64,000 nucleotides of DNA. Origin: Octopus sinensis (lineage: Eukaryota). Below are positions 25,239-37,067 of this stretch, piece after piece. The stretch is taken from the NCBI RefSeq assembly GCF_006345805.1, contig NW_021836143.1, positions 1-64,000 on the forward strand. Reading direction: 5' to 3'. The notes under the pieces were generated by a model. It ran no database searches. It saw only the letters and a list, made by a program, of their open reading frames with translations, and was not told the DNA's origin. The stretch's first letter is position 1. The number at the start of each line of letters is the position of its first letter. The position numbers were made by a program, and so were the translations under genes.

Positions 25239-25624
25239 ATATTTAATAGATGATATTGTAGAAGCTGATCCATGTTAGCAACACTTTCAATTACAATTAT
25301 TATCAGGCATTTCAGTTTATATTACTAAAATTCTATGGAAATGTATGAGTGTCACCTCATCATCATGACTTTTTCATTTCATATTAGAGTCCTTATGTTG
25401 AACCAAAGTATATCCTTACTACTTTTCCAATTATGAATATTAATTTACTGGATTCAGCATTATCTTTCATACTATATTTTATAATATCTTTGGTTATAAG
25501 TTTCCAGCAAGCCAGCTACCAGATCATTCAATATGTGAAATACTAATTCCCTTTTGGAAACTTAAAGTGACAAAAGATTGCCTGTGAAACTTGTTGCGGA
25601 ACAAATACCACACAGAATATTTTG

Positions 25625-26544
25625 CTGAGCCTCGTCCCGAAAGATCTGTAGAGCTCGACAAAGACATTTTGCAAACCCTGGTGGAACAAAATCCCATCCT
25701 AACTGATGAGAAACTAGCAGAGAAGCTTGGATTTGGTCATTCAACCATTCATTGACACCTGTGTGCCATCAGAAAAGTCAGCAAATTGGGTCAATGAGTT
25801 CCTCACAAACTTTCTGAGTCTAATCATATGTAGAGAGTGAATGTGTGCTCTTCTTTTCTGTCACATCTCATGAATGAACCTTTTTTGGACTGCATTAAGA
25901 CTGGTGATGAGAAATGGGTTCACTATAAAAATGTCAAGTGAAGAAGACAGTGGGTAGGGAAAAGAGAAATACTGGCACCCCAGGCTAAAGAAGGTCTTCA
26001 CCCATGTAAGGTGTTGTTATTTGTTTGGTGGGATATGAAAGGTTTAGTCCACTTTGAACTTTTAAACCCAAACCAAATGATAAGAAAGGAGATCTACTGT
26101 GAGTAGCTTGAGCGGCTTAAGTCAGCACTAGAAGGAAAATGACCATCTTTGGCTTCAAGATGAAAGGTGTTCTTCCATTAGGATAATGCTCAGCCACATA
26201 CAGCGAGGATGACATTCCAAAGGCTGAATGGAAAATGATGCCCCACCCACTATATTCACCGGACATTGCCCCATCTGATTATCATTTATTTTGCTGTCTT
26301 CAAAATCACTTGGATGGAAAAAATATGAATTCGGTAGATGAGATCAGAACAGTCATGGAGGAGTATTTTTTGTCACAGACAAGTGGATTTTGGAAGTGGG
26401 ACCGTATAAATCTACCAGATAGATGGAAGAGCATAGTAGAAAATAAAGGAGAGTATATTTTCGATTAAAAAAGAACTTTGCTTATCTTAATTCTGAAAAA
26501 GAAAAGAAGTATAAAAAAACTGCATTATTTATGTGATGACCCAT
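25625..26544 (+). mobile_element. 5'-truncated mariner (Hsmar1/cecropia-like), decayed transposase
   Basis: TGDEKWV, DNAQPH and HPLYSPDIAPSDYHLF motifs (D,D34D type). 3' TIR TGCATTATTTATGTGATGACCCA. Same family as 61469-62752. Confidence 0.9.
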
Positions 26545-26949
26545 TATTTAGTCTGTGTCTATCAAATTTCCCTAACAAAACACTGGTCTACTTAAGACTG
26601 TTTTAATAAGAGGACACTTTACTAAGGTGCTACATGGTAGGATTAAGCCACAAACCACATAGGTGTAAAGCAAATTTCTGATCCACACAGTCATGCCTGC
26701 ACCCATACAATAATCTAATAATTTTACATGACATCTGTCCACCTGGAGGTATGAAATGTAAAATCAACACCACTAGACTTGAATTTAGGATACAAAAGAA
26801 CTTTAACTAAATACCACAGCCTGTTACTTTATTATGTATAAGAAAATATCAGTACTCAAGCCAGGAACACAGCAGAATAAAATCATTTGACAATACTCTC
26901 AATGTCCCCAAAACTGATTTTGCACTCGATCAAAATAAATCATTATTCT

Positions 26950-27132
26950 CCACGTAAAAAGCACCCACTACACTCGCGGAGTGGTTGGCATTAGGTAGGG
27001 CATCCAGCTGAAGAAACACTGCCATATCAGACTGGAGCCTGGTGCAGCCCCTGGCTTCCCAGACCCTGGTCGAACCATCCAACCCGTGCTAGCGTGGAAA
27101 ACGGACGTTAAACGATGATGATGATGATGATG
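26950..27132 (+). mobile_element. RTE-type LINE 3' end with (ATG)n tail
   Basis: Close match to 10062-10310. Confidence 0.88.
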
Positions 27133-28380
27133 TTTCAGTCATTTGACTGTGGCCATTATTTTCTTATAAATTAGAAACAATATCTTAGTAATTTTGTTTT
27201 GCTTGCTTATTATTTTATGTTTTAAATCCAATTTTTCATGCTGTTATTAGTCGGATAGCTTTAACAAATATTGATATTAGCATATTGTTGTCAGAGTAAA
27301 TGATTTTACATGCCATCTTACCCTTAACTATTCAGCTGTGAACCTGCAATGATACTAATTATCAGTCAAGCAGAATATTGAAAGCGTTCTTTTGTGTTTT
27401 GCCTACAGGCATATCAGAATAGTTAAAACAAGATTTGAAGTATTTGAAAACCACTGAACTTCTTCATTACTAGTTGCTGTTGTATGGTATCTACATGTAT
27501 GAATGTACACATGTGAATGCTTGCCTAAGTATCTGAGCTATATTTTGTGTCTACTTTAACTTAGGTGCCATCATATTAAGAAAATTTCAAGCAACTCTTA
27601 ACAGGGTTAGGACTAATACAAATTAGTGTGGAGAAATAACAAAGTAGTATAGTATATATTGACAGCATACTTGCAGAGAAAATCCTTCAACATTGTAAAG
27701 GTGATAGTATTATCGCCAGAAGATCTGAACTGAGTATGTTATTAATAAGATATTACTGGTATCTTGACATAAAAGTTCATGCATTAGATATGTATTTTAC
27801 TTTCTGAACTCAGATCATGCTATTATATATTTTTGCTTTCATCTCTATCTCTCTCTCTGATCAATAAAACAAATACCAGTCATATCAAAAGGTTGATTCA
27901 ATATACTGTATCTCTCCCTTGTAAACATGAGAAAATTCTTAAATTTTCACTGGAGTTGATAAAATAAATAATTTCTTAATTGTTACATTTATGAATCCCA
28001 GAATAAGATATTGCTTCTATTCTGATCAATTGTTAACCTTCAACAAAATACAATTATGACCCACACAAGAGTGTGACACCTAAATCAGTGATGATGCTGA
28101 TATTAAAGATAAAAACATCTTCAAACGATACTTTTTTTTTTTCCTGACATGATGAAACTCGCCAGAAAATATTTGTTTGAAACACTCTTAAAAGATACAT
28201 GAAATTTTTGTTCAATGTTCAAACAACTCTACCTACAGCTTATGATATTTTAGCATGAACACATTTGCTAGTCCTTAGCATATAATCACCTCTTCACTTT
28301 CTCAAATACTCACTCCACTTAGTCAAGGGGACTTTTCCCTTCTTCTTTTCTATCTTGCAAGTTACTTAGCAACCACACAA

Positions 28381-28572
28381 GTGCTGAAGGCACAAACAAA
28401 AAAGCACCCAGTACATGCTGTAAAGTGGTTGGCATTAGGAAGGGCATCCAACCACAGAAAACATTCTAAAGCTGAAATGGCACATGACACAGCCCAATGA
28501 TTCATCTTATCCAACCTATCATCCAACTTACACCAGCTTAGAAAACAAATGTTAAATGATGATGGTGATGAT
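28381..28572 (+). mobile_element. Degenerate RTE-type 3' end
   Basis: AAAAAAGCACCCAGTAC...GTGGTTGGCATTAGGAAGGGCATCC...GTTAAATGATGATGGTGATG. Confidence 0.7.
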
Positions 28573-28616
28573 ATTGAAAGAATCATGGCATTATAACTGA
28601 TTTTGCTGACATTACT

Positions 28617-28885
28617 ATCATCATTATCATCGTTTAACATCTGCCTTCCATGTTGGCATGGGTTGGACGGTTTGATTAAGGACTAGCAAACCAGAAGGCT
28701 GCACCAGGCTCTAATCTGATCTACAGTTGGATGCCTTTCCTAACGCCAACCAGTTTGAGAGTGTAGTGGGTACTTTGTATGTGTCACCAGCACGGAGGCC
28801 AAGTCAGGCAGCACTGGCATTGACCATACTCAAATGGTGCTTTTCATGTGTCACTGGCACAGGAGGCAGTTGGGAGGCACTGGCA
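28617..28885 (-). mobile_element. RTE-type 3' end, tail-to-tail with the previous copy
   Basis: ATCATCGTTTAACATCTG...GGATGCCTTTCCTAACGCCAACCA, plus two internal units. Confidence 0.8.
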
Positions 28886-29188
28886 TATTTATTATTATTA
28901 TTACTATTAACATAGTAGTTGAAAATATTTATTAAATCTTACTTATAACATATTCTTCATAATCAGACAGTACAAAATACTGGTCTACTCAAGTTGCCTA
29001 AGTTAAATAAATAATCTCGCCTCATGGAAACATTGGTACTTGTTAAAAGATTCCTCTTTAAATGAAACCAATGGTTGCCTTGTTAACCAACAAATAATGA
29101 ATATTTATCTACCAAAGTAGTGTTGAGCACCCATTTTCACTGTTTGACACCAGCATATATATATATAAAAATATATAAACATGCATGA

Positions 29189-29350
29189 AGAGCTTCTTTC
29201 AGTTTCTCTCAACCAAATTCACTCACAGGACTTAGGTCAGTCTGGGGCTATAGTAAAAAAAATATTTGACCAAGTTGCCATGCAGTGGTACTGAACCTGG
29301 AACTATGTGGTTGAGAAGTAAATTTCTTACCACACAACCATGCCTGCACT
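29189..29350 (-). mobile_element. Old family-K-like SINE 5' half
   Basis: AGCTTCTTTCAGTTTC...GCAGTGGTACTGAACCTGGAACTATGTGG...CTTACCACACAACCATGCCTGCAC. Confidence 0.65.
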
Positions 29351-29435
29351 TTCTTAACTATGTAGACACACAAGAAATAAAGCAAGTGTATATTTCTAAT
29401 ACAATTCTGAATCACGATTTTTGTTGTCTAAGAAT

Positions 29436-29826
29436 TTTTTTTTTGGAAGCACTCTGTCGGTTACGATGACGAGGGTTCCGGTTGATCCGAATCAATGGAA
29501 CAGCCTGCTCGTGAAATTAACGTGTAAGTGGCTGAGCACTCCACAGACACGTGTACCCTTAACGTAGTTCTCGGGGATATTCAGCGTGACACAGAGAGTG
29601 ACAAGGCCGGCCCTTTGAAATACAGGTACAACAGAAACAGGAAGTAAGAGTGAGAGAAAGTTGTGGTAAAAGAGTACAGCAGGGATCACCACCATCCCCT
29701 GCCGGAGCCTCGTGGAGCTTTAGGTGTTTTCGCTCAATAAACACTCACAACGCCCGGTCTGGGAATCAAAACCGCGATCCTATGACCGCGAGTCCGCTGC
29801 CCTAACCACTGGGCCATTGCGCCTCC
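29436..29826 (-). mobile_element. tRNA-headed SINE, head H1 + tail T1, with poly-A tail
   Basis: 11-bp TSD TGTCTAAGAAT at 29425-29435 and 29827-29837. T-run at 29436-29444. Confidence 0.93.
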
Positions 29827-32800
29827 TGTCTAAGAATATTTCTTATCAAAGGACAGCATGCTTGAAATTGATATAATGAGAATTAAGAAATATGTATTTT
29901 CAAATAGTGGAAGTGTACCAACGACTGGTTTTTAAGAGAGAAAATGTTAAATGGCTTCTCACAATTTGTCGTTTATGAGCATAAACAATTTTTATACGTA
30001 AATACTTAAGACTTCTCTCTTTCTCATTGACCACCAGTACAATTTTCTGAAAGCCAGATCTACAGAAAATGTATTTTCTTAGATCAAGTATTACTTGCTT
30101 TACAAATATGAGTAAAAACAGTAATGTTCCTTTTACATTATCAATGACACAAGGAACAAGTTCTTCCTACTTAATTAATCAATTCACTGGTGCTATCTGT
30201 CTCTTATCACTTGGAGTAGAAATTGATTTGTAAAGCATTCCGTTGTAGTATCCATTGATGGAGTTCACTTTATCCCTTATATTTACTCTGGTGTACCTCG
30301 GCATTTAGTTATGCTTCCCACAATTCTCTTTCTTTACATTCATTATCTTCTTGATTTGTAACCATACATACACCATCATAAACGACTACACCCTTCATTA
30401 TTCTTTAGTTTTCAGTACGCGGAGGTCATTCTATCTTTTCATGTCACTTTAGAATTGTAAAGGTTTTGTAAAAAGAAACCTCAAAATACATGCTTCAATG
30501 GGTACATGGCATTATAATCTCTTTTAATGACACTAAAATAAACGATACAAATATCAAGCAATTTGTTATTTTGTAAGACTAAACCTAAGTATGCAAACTT
30601 CCACAGCTAAAACATTAAAACTCACCAGAAATGCTGAACCTTACAATCCTTGACGATATCTCAAGATAACCAAACATCTATAACATTACAAAATATCATT
30701 GTTCAACTTAAATGGTAATGGCTAAGTTTCTTCTTCAGAACCGGAAAATACTTCAATTCTAGTTAGATAATGACCTTATACAAATCACCAGTGTGATTCA
30801 TATTAGAGTACTACTCATATATTAGGGAAGATATTGTTGCTTTTGCATGCTAAATAATCGTCCAAGGCTGTGAGCCTCTATGTGGTCACTTTAGCTATTA
30901 GAGATATTAATATATCATTCCTCCAATAGTCTAAGGAGAAGAGAGAGATATAGTAGTACTACTAGATATTTCTAAAAATACATGATGGTCATAGCTGAAG
31001 ATTGATCTGGAACTAAATAATGACAGCACTTTTAGAATACATTAAAAAATGTCATTTAGGAAATTGGTAAAAATTCATTCCCAAATGCACTATGACTGCA
31101 TTCTTTTCTGTCTCTTTTAATGGCATATACTATTCTGAGAATGCAAACTGAATACTGCAGCTATCCAAAGCTCAAATAATATATGCCGTTTTCTCTACTT
31201 GCCACCTTTAGTCCCCATAGCAAACATATTTTTCTGTATTTCCATAACAGAACTATTTCCTATCCACATTTTCCCTTTGGCATCAAGCTACAGAAATTAC
31301 ATGTAACAGTAACTGCACTGACTTCATTCTCAAAAGACCTGCAAATGCCATGAGCACAACCTTCTGCCTCAGATTATGTAAATAAAAAAGAGCAGTTATG
31401 TTGTTGACTTATTGCATCAGGGCGAACACTGCAATTATAATATGAAATAGTTTCAAAAGGTTTTAGCTGTCTTAGTTAGTAGCTGATAATAAGTAAATAA
31501 AATTCTAATCCTACTAAATTTGTTTGTTCTTGTTTTATGAACTGACACTACAGACTATTTGAATGCATTATACAAAATTTTAATTAACTTGAATGAGTCT
31601 TAAAATAATATAGAAGAAGAATATTTTGCACAGAAAGATAAAAATATACTTAAATGAAATTTATCACAAAAAAAGTATCTGTATATAATCTGTAGGTTGG
31701 ATTAAGCGATAAACAAGAAAACCAATTTCATGTTAGATTACAAAACCCAAAATCAAATAAATGGGGAAAATATTATAATTGCAGTGTAGGATTATAAATG
31801 AAATCCTTCATATTCTAAAAATAAGAAGACTGATAGACAATTGATCAGTCTGGAAAGATTGGAAATCAGTTACTATATATATAGATTTTACACACAGCCT
31901 ACACTGTACACACCCTTATCAGCTGTTGGCTGGAGAATGTGATTTTAAAACCTTCTGATGTAAGTTAAAAGCTACAAGTACACAACCAAATTGAAAAATG
32001 TGCTCCCTTACAGAGTTATAGTATTTAATATCAGGCTGTTTATTAAAAAAGAAAAATGAAGAAAATGATTATTAGGAGTATTCAGTATAAGCTATATAAG
32101 CTAACAGAGTGTTCCCTTAAGGCCAGATTTCACAAAGTAACAAAATGAGAGATAAAAAGAGGCTAGATTGTGTATCTGAAGAGTCTACATACTTAATCAG
32201 TATAAATGAGCAGACAGGAATACTAGGGAACAATATAGCGTGTAGAAAATGACTGATATTTATAATTAAGGAATAGGATGAATGAATTAGGAATGCTTCT
32301 AGTTAGCTTAAATATTGTCACTGAAATATATGAAGATTAGACAGTAAGTTAATTAAAAAAGCTTGGACTGATAAAGCTACAAAGATTGTACAAGAGTCTG
32401 AGAGACACTAAATATTTCAAGATAAATAAGTAAAGTGGTAGACAGCAATAACAAATCAAATTTGTTGAAAAGCTGATATGCGAGATGACTGGTATATTAA
32501 AGGCATTGCTCTTAATAAATTAAGATTGACATAAGTAATTAAAGATAGTGAAAGTCATGATTTAAACAGGGATGATTTGAAATAGTGAAGAATATAAGGA
32601 AATTAGTGATGTTTGCAAATAATAAGCAGAAAAAGTTTGTAAACCAGAAAAAATTATTTAGCCATGAAAAGGAGAAGTTAAAGTAAATCTTTCCCACAAA
32701 CAAAGATCTTGTCTAAAGATGAACATTATGTTTCATGAAAGTGACATGATGAAGACGAATGTATCCAAAGTTGCTTCCTCTATTTTCCAGAAAAATGAAA

Positions 32801-33276
32801 ATATTTGTCACTGATTATGATCATTGTTTTTAATACATAATTACTTATAGTAGACCTTTAATGTTTTATGTATTAAATATACTAATTCTAATTTGCATAG
32901 TTAAAATTTTATAAATTAGGTACCTAGATTAATTTGAGTGTAGGAGCTAGTTTCTTTAAAATTTTAAACAAGTTAAAATACTTTTTGCTGTTATTGACAA
33001 CTAAATATGAAAAAGCAATTACTTCTGCCTGAAACATAAACTACACATTACACTAAAATTATTATAAAATCATTATTAATTATTATAACAGGCCCATATT
33101 CTTTACCAGATTGCTAACCAATTTTTATATATTCTTGAATATCTAAATTCATTTGCCCTCAATGAATCCAACTTCCTCAAAACAATGATGTTAGTAAAGT
33201 TTTAGAACATAAAGCACATACCCTAAATATTTACCAGTTCTCTACAACACTCTAAATGGTCAATCACAGCATAGAG

Positions 33277-33495
33277 CAGTGCTTTTCAAACGTTTTGCTG
33301 GAGCAGAACCCCAAGGAAACATTCCACTGGCTCGAGGAACCCCTGTGCAATAATTTAATAGTCTTATGCACACATATCTGCACAGGAGAATTAAAAATTA
33401 CTGCCGATTTTAGCAGTTTTGTAACTTCTCGCGGAACCCCTGGACTGTACTGGCGGAATGCTAAGGTTCTGCGGAACCCTGGTTGAAAACCACTG
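33277..33495. mobile_element. hAT-superfamily MITE (219 bp)
   Basis: TIRs CAGTGCTTTTCAA / TTGAAAACCACTG. Perfect 8-bp TSD GCATAGAG at 33269-33276 and 33496-33503. Confidence 0.9.
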
Positions 33496-34495
33496 GCATA
33501 GAGGATTGACAACAGCATGTCAGCTAACTGTAGCAGCTTTTAATTAGTTCAGTTAGTTGTGCTAAAAAATTGCTGTTGATTCTAAACAACACTGAAGTGA
33601 TTATTTTGCTAAAAAACAAAAAACAAAGAAAAAAATCAAGTGTATGATGAACCCATCCCATGAAAATAAATATAAAATCAATGCTAGTATATTCTGAATG
33701 AGAAAATCATACGATAAGTATGAACTAAATGGCATAGCGCATTGTAGTTGTTTCTTTGTTTCACAGAGCTAAGATAAGTTGGAGCAATCAAAGATAGTAC
33801 AGCTTTTCTTGAATCACAGCACAATGCAGAAAATGTGCTTGGAGACATGTAAACTGTTAGTTTATGAGTTATATATTAGCACTTCAGTTTTAATATCTCA
33901 ACTGTTATGATTGTTTAAAAAAAATTTTCCATAATTTTCATTTTGTTATCAATATATCTCATTGAAAATATTTAGTTCTCGCATGTCAGGATTGTAAAAC
34001 TTAATCAGCTTACCAGAAATAGGAACCAATATTTTGACTACAAGTGAATGTTTGTAAATATTGTCACTTCCAGAATAAAGAAATAAAAAACTATTAATTT
34101 TTCATAGGTTTTAGTCATCTGGAGCACTCTATGGATATCAATTTACACAACTTATTTATTTACAATTTAAAACATTAAATAACAAAAACATATTTAAAAA
34201 ATTTTACACTCAAAATAAATATCACTGTTACATAATCTTGATTTATTTATAATACAACCATATTAAAAACTCAAATAACTGAAAGGACAACCAAAGATGA
34301 AAACGGATTTCTTGTTGAAAATATTATCTTCTGATGTAATAAAATTCAATTAAATTTTGTATCAACTGCAATATCAATGAAAACTAAATATTTGTGTATA
34401 TGTGTGACCATGTATGCACACATATATATGCATGTGCATGCACACACACACGTATGCACATACATGCATACACACACTTCACATGCCTATAATCT

Positions 34496-34707
34496 TTTCT
34501 ACTGTAGGCTCATGACCTGAAACTTTGGGGGAGGGGTTAAGTTGATTACATCAACCCCAATGCTCAGTTGCTACTTATTTCATTGACACTAAAAGGATAA
34601 AAGGCTAAATTGAGCTTGGCAGAATTTGAACTCATAATGTTCAGATGGATGAAATGCTGCTAAGCATTTTGCCTGGTATGTTAACAGTTCTGCCAGCTCG
34701 CTGCCTT
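34496..34707 (-). mobile_element. Family-M SINE, degenerate
   Basis: Aligns with 49981-50210 (AAAGGATAAAAGGC...GAATTTGAACTC...TCTGCCAGCTCG). Confidence 0.7.
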
Positions 34708-35367
34708 GAAATATCCCTTTTCTCTTGCACTCTAAATCTGATTCCTTTTATATCAGTTTTTCTATCAGCTCATTTGTACTTCATCATTGATGTAGACTAG
34801 CATTACACATCCAGTGATGTATTTTCTCTTCATTCTTTTCTAGTCTTTGCAAATACTCTGCATTCAAGGCTCAGGTCTTACTACTATGCAGAATGATACA
34901 ATCACATCGCATACATCATTCAATCTGCCTTTCACTCTAAGAGAAACTCTCCTTTATTGTCAGGAGTGGTGATACCTTCTTTGTCTTTTTCTGGCCTGTT
35001 CTTACTCTGGTTAATGTATGAGTACATGTATGTACATGTGTACGTCTGAGAGAGAGAGAGAGTGTGTGTGTGTGTGTGTGCATGTGTGTGCGTGTGTGTG
35101 CATGCATGTGTATAAGTGTGTGTGCTATAAAGGATTTAAGTGAGGCTTCAAGTTTTCCTAATAGTGTATTCAACTGGTCAAATAAATCATTTTGGCCATT
35201 GCGAAGATCTACGATATAGTAAATTTAATAAATGTATAATTTTACTCTAATTTAAATTTTGAATCTCTCCACCCATAAATGTCATTATTCTTAAAATGTT
35301 TATAAAATATGAACCCAGACATTAATGTGCATGTGTAGACATTTAACAGTAAAAATATAAGTTAATC

Positions 35368-35560
35368 CTTTCTACTACAGGTGCAAGGCTTGAAATTTGG
35401 TGGGAGGGGATAGGTCATTTACATTGACCCCAGTGTGTAACAACTGGTGATTAATTTATCGACCCCAAAAGAATGAAAGGCGAAGTCGACCTCAGTGATA
35501 TTTGAACTCCAAACATAACGGCAGATGAAATACTGCTAAGCATTTTGCTCAGTGTGCTAA
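35368..35560 (-). mobile_element. Family-M SINE, degenerate
   Basis: TTATCGACCCCAAAAGAATGAAAGGCGAAGTCGACCTC...TTTGAACTC. Confidence 0.75.
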
Positions 35561-35961
35561 AAAAATATCAGTTAATAATGGCTTCTATTGCACAAGAAAA
35601 TAGATGCTTTTAAACATCCTATTAATACTTAGAGAATATGTTAAGGTTATTAAGTACTTGGTGTAATATGTATACAAATATTGATAAATATTCTTACAAA
35701 TAAAGAATGTAATCTGGAAAATGATAACTTTTTATTTGGCTATTTACATAAAATGTATTATTTTATGAAATCAAAATTGCACTAAACGTTTACGAGGCAA
35801 ATATTACATCTGGTCTCAGAAATAAAGTATATGAAGAGAATTCAATTTACTTATAGCTTTCTGAATGTTGGGCCAAAATAATAATTGATTCATGTGATGT
35901 GAACAAATACAAGGCTGGAGGGGTGGGTGGGGGTGGAATAAGCAAAAGGAATGTCACAAAG

Positions 35962-37067
35962 ATCGTCATCATCATTTAATGTCACTTTTCTATGCTGGCA
36001 TGGGTTGAACAGTTTGACAGGAGTTGGCAAGACCAGAAGCCACATCAGATTTCATAGTCTGTTTTGGTATGATTTCTACAACTGGATACCCTTTCTAATT
36101 CCAACCACTTTACAGAGCGCACTGGGTGCCTTTCACGTGGCACCATCACAAGTGCTTTTTATCATGGTATCGTCAACAGTACATTTTACATGACCCCAGC
36201 ACTAGTGCTTTTCACACAGCACCAGCAATGACAGGGTCATGAAGTACCTTAGAAGACAAAACCCCCTCAACTGGGAGGGGAAATTGTACTGACTGACGGG
36301 GCACGCAATTTGAGAGATTTAAGGTATAGAGGAGAGAGATATGTGTCTTACTGTGGAATAGACACATGGATACTCCAGCTAGAAAACAAAAGAGGGTTGG
36401 AGAATAAGATGAAGGGAGTGATAGTGAGAGAAATGATGACAGAGATGTGTTGGAACATGCCCACAAGGGACATTAGAGGTAGTGAGAATAGGTGAGGTGA
36501 TACAGAGGCTTGAGCTACGTGAGTGGGCAGGATGAGGTGACTGTAGCAAATGATGGAGAGAAGCATAGGAGAGGATTGGAGGTGAGAGTTATAACAGATA
36601 TGTGAGGGCACTGAGGGTGATAGCAAGCAAGTAAGGAGTTGATGATGAAAAGGAGCACAAGGAGGGGAGAGAAAATGCAGAAAGGAGGTGGGAGAAGAAG
36701 GTAACTGGTAGGAAGGAGTAAAGGTAACTGAGAAAACCAGGGGTTGTAGTATGTGTCTATTCTGCTCCCAAGTGTTAGAGGAAGTGGTGGGTGTTAGGGG
36801 ATGAAATGTGGGTGGGAGGGAGAGAAGGTTGACAGGACATTACCAAGGTGGTTTTAGCATATCCTTTGTAAGGCTCAGTGTTTTGAGATGGGCCATCAAT
36901 ACTTCATCCCGTGTCTTTCTGGGTCTCCCTCTTCCACAGCTTCTAGCCACTTAAGTCATTGGCACTTCTTTATGCAACTGTCTTCATCCGTACCAATCAC
37001 ATGACCAAACCAACACAGTCTTCTCTCTTGCATACTGCAACTAATTATTCTCATGCCTAACCTTTTT
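35962..37067 (-). mobile_element. 5'-truncated RTE-type LINE: ORF2 end, long 3' UTR and ATG tail
   Basis: Minus-strand reading LGMRIISCSMQERRLCWFGHVIGTDEDSCIKKC / CGRGRPRKTRDEVL at ~36850-37060. A ~600-bp pyrimidine-rich (sense) tract, tandem units and the conserved terminus follow. Confidence 0.78.

Noticed and set aside
30170-30304. Possible Tc1-like transposase N-terminus on the minus strand (MPRYTRVNIRDKV...YKSIS)
   Set aside because: Resemblance is too short, with no TIRs or downstream DDE motifs.
35916-35936. G-quadruplex candidate
   Set aside because: Only three tracts of three or more G, so not a canonical four-tract motif.
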